This document shows, one piece after another, positions 38,117-40,000 of a stretch of DNA of 40,000 nucleotides. Each line of letters starts with the position of its first letter. The first letter of the stretch is position 1. Both the position numbers and the translations under genes were made by a program. Origin of the DNA: an uncultured phage cr130_1. The notes below the pieces were generated by a model. It worked only from the letters and a program-made list of their open reading frames with translations, made no database searches and was not told where the DNA came from. The stretch lies in the sequence record NC_055901.1; one strand, given 5' to 3'.

Positions 38117-39997
38117 ATGATAATACGTAATTCCGTCGTAATAGTTTACGACATTGAGATTTTCCCAAACGTATTTCATTGTGTATGTAAGAATACAGAA
38201 ACAAACGAATTATCATATTTTGAAATATCTAATCGAAAAAATCAATTAACAGAGTTAGTCGAATTCTTTTATTATAAAAATACAGACAAAATATTCTGCG
38301 GTTATAATAACAAACATTATGACGATGTAATAATAAACTACATCATTGATTTTTATACCAAATTAGACAGATTACCATATTTTAGAATATGTGATTCTTT
38401 GTTTAACCTATCACACACAATAATTACGTCTGAGGAAGGTGATACCAGTAAGTTCAAACGATGGAAATATGCAAAATATTTTTACTCAATGGACTTACTT
38501 ACAATGCTATTTAGTTCAAAGTTACGTGTAGGTCTTAAAGAAATGCAAGTAACTATGCACTATAAAAATGTTGAAGAATATGATGGAGACTTTGAAAAAT
38601 GTCTACCTGATGATTCTATTGACGAAATGATAGCATATAATATAAACGATGTAGAATCCACAACAGAATTATTAAATCGTTTAAGTGGTGATGTACAACT
38701 ACGTTTATTTATTGAACAAGAATATGGAATTGACGCTCTTTCAATGGATAGTGTAAAATTCGGAGAGACGCTTCTATTGAAAAAGTATTGTGAACAAACA
38801 AAACTTAGTGAACAATATGTTAAAACATTACGTTCACCAATGGATTATATTCCATTGAAAGACGTCATTCTACCATTTATACAATACAAAAATCCAATAT
38901 TACAAGACGTTCTTAAGGATATGAAGAGCCAAATAGTATATTCTAAAGAACGCAAAGGCTACGAGAAGAAGTTTGTTCTCTCGAACGTACGCTATTCTGT
39001 TGGTGTAGGAGGAATACATTCTTTACATACACCCAGAATCTTCGTACCGGATGACAATGAATACATAGGACACAGCGATGTAACATCAATGTATCCTTCT
39101 TTTATTATAAAATATAAATGGATTCCCCGTCATTTAGGTGAAGAATTTTGGAAAGTATATTCCAAGGTTTATACCGAAAGAATAGAAACCAAACATAGTG
39201 GACAGAAATTAAAGAACTTAGCTCTAAAGTTAACTTTAAATTCTGTTACCGGAAAAATGCAACAAGAAACCAGTTGGATGTACGATCCATTTAGTGTCTT
39301 CAAAATACGTATTAATGGACAATTAATACTATTAATGCTTGTGGATCGTTTGTTAGAGTTAGATTGTAAGATTGTGCAAGTTAACACTGACGGTGTAATG
39401 TATATTGCTAAGAAGGCAAACAGAAGTTTAGTCCAGGAAGCTATAACTGAAGTTGAGCAATTAACACAACTGACTTTCGAGTCCGATGACTATGAGGCGT
39501 TTTATCAGTACGCTATAAATGATTATTTTGGTGTCGAAAAAGGATATTCACAATCTAAAGATCCTAAACTGATAGAAAAGAAAGGAATGTTTATTACAGA
39601 TACAAGATTAGGAAAAGGGTTAGCACCAGCCATTATACCTAAAGCTGTTATAAACTATTTTTTGACGAAAGAACCTGTGAAAGACTTTATCTATAGAAAT
39701 ACAGATATTAAAGACTTTCTAATGTATCAACGCGTAGATAAGAAGTTCAAAGTATTTCATGGTGATAAACCAGTACAGAGAATAAACCGATTCTATGCGT
39801 CAAAAAGCGATTATTATTTATTTAAAGTAGATAGTGAAGGAAATAAAAATAACTTACTAACAAAATCTGGAGTTACTATTTTAAATAAATTATATGACAA
39901 ACCAATTGAAGATTACAAGATTAATTATCAGTATTATATAACTGAAGCGAATAAAATAATCGCAGATTTTGTTTATCAACAATTGGAGCTGTTTTAG
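38117..39997 (+). CDS. Family B DNA polymerase (exonuclease and polymerase domains)
   Basis: Exo: VVYDIEIFPNVFHC, NDVESTTELL; Pol: YIGHSDVTSMYPSFI, LKLTLNSVTGKM, VQVNTDGVMYI; ORF ends TAG immediately followed by TAA at the window end. Confidence 0.9.
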   Translation: MIIRNSVVIVYDIEIFPNVFHCVCKNTETNELSYFEISNRKNQLTELVEFFYYKNTDKIFCGYNNKHYDDVIINYIIDFYTKLDRLPYFRICDSLFNLSHTIITSEEGDTSKFKRWKYAKYFYSMDLLTMLFSSKLRVGLKEMQVTMHYKNVEEYDGDFEKCLPDDSIDEMIAYNINDVESTTELLNRLSGDVQLRLFIEQEYGIDALSMDSVKFGETLLLKKYCEQTKLSEQYVKTLRSPMDYIPLKDVILPFIQYKNPILQDVLKDMKSQIVYSKERKGYEKKFVLSNVRYSVGVGGIHSLHTPRIFVPDDNEYIGHSDVTSMYPSFIIKYKWIPRHLGEEFWKVYSKVYTERIETKHSGQKLKNLALKLTLNSVTGKMQQETSWMYDPFSVFKIRINGQLILLMLVDRLLELDCKIVQVNTDGVMYIAKKANRSLVQEAITEVEQLTQLTFESDDYEAFYQYAINDYFGVEKGYSQSKDPKLIEKKGMFITDTRLGKGLAPAIIPKAVINYFLTKEPVKDFIYRNTDIKDFLMYQRVDKKFKVFHGDKPVQRINRFYASKSDYYLFKVDSEGNKNNLLTKSGVTILNKLYDKPIEDYKINYQYYITEANKIIADFVYQQLELF

Positions 39998-40000
39998 TAA

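Noticed and set aside
1-40000. CRISPR array
   Set aside because: No regularly spaced direct repeats with spacers seen. The 21.9-22.3 kb elements are hairpins with irregular spacing (about 83-151 nt) and variable stems.
1-40000. Integrase, transposase or rRNA genes
   Set aside because: No recognisable sequence; the RT is explained by the DGR rather than a group II intron or retron, given the TR/VR pair.

Overview
The window looks like part of a large tailed-phage genome. Portal and TerL-like proteins, gene order and code usage suggest a crAss-like / Bacteroidota gut phage. A minus-strand block (1..~16160) carries structural genes (portal, TerL, fibre-like proteins), dUTPase and a PI-PLC-like protein. 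A plus-strand block (~16280..40000) carries ThyX, a DUF3310-like protein, an ECF-type sigma factor, many small proteins and a family B DNA polymerase. Main results read directly from the sequence: (1) A complete diversity-generating retroelement (DGR): reverse transcriptase, template repeat (8915-9022) and variable repeat (9124-9231). In the 98-nt ungapped core, 26 of 27 mismatches fall on template adenines. (2) TAG is reassigned, very probably to Gln. It interrupts portal, TerL, glycosyltransferase and the DGR target, and a tRNA with anticodon CUA is present. (3) A family of 5'-leader hairpins shares a conserved 14-nt loop (GGTTCGTGAGAATA) closed by stems that covary between copies. (4) Several intergenic tRNA-like elements keep the acceptor stem plus T-arm but have abnormal or missing D/anticodon arms. 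They are candidate RNase P/Z processing signals. (5) Long ORF-free structured regions (20.1-20.8 kb, 27.2-28.1 kb, 32.1-34.1 kb, 35.4-35.7 kb) may encode large ncRNAs. (6) Two tandem paralogous ORFs are separated by one in-frame TAG. No database search was possible, so family names rest on motif recognition.
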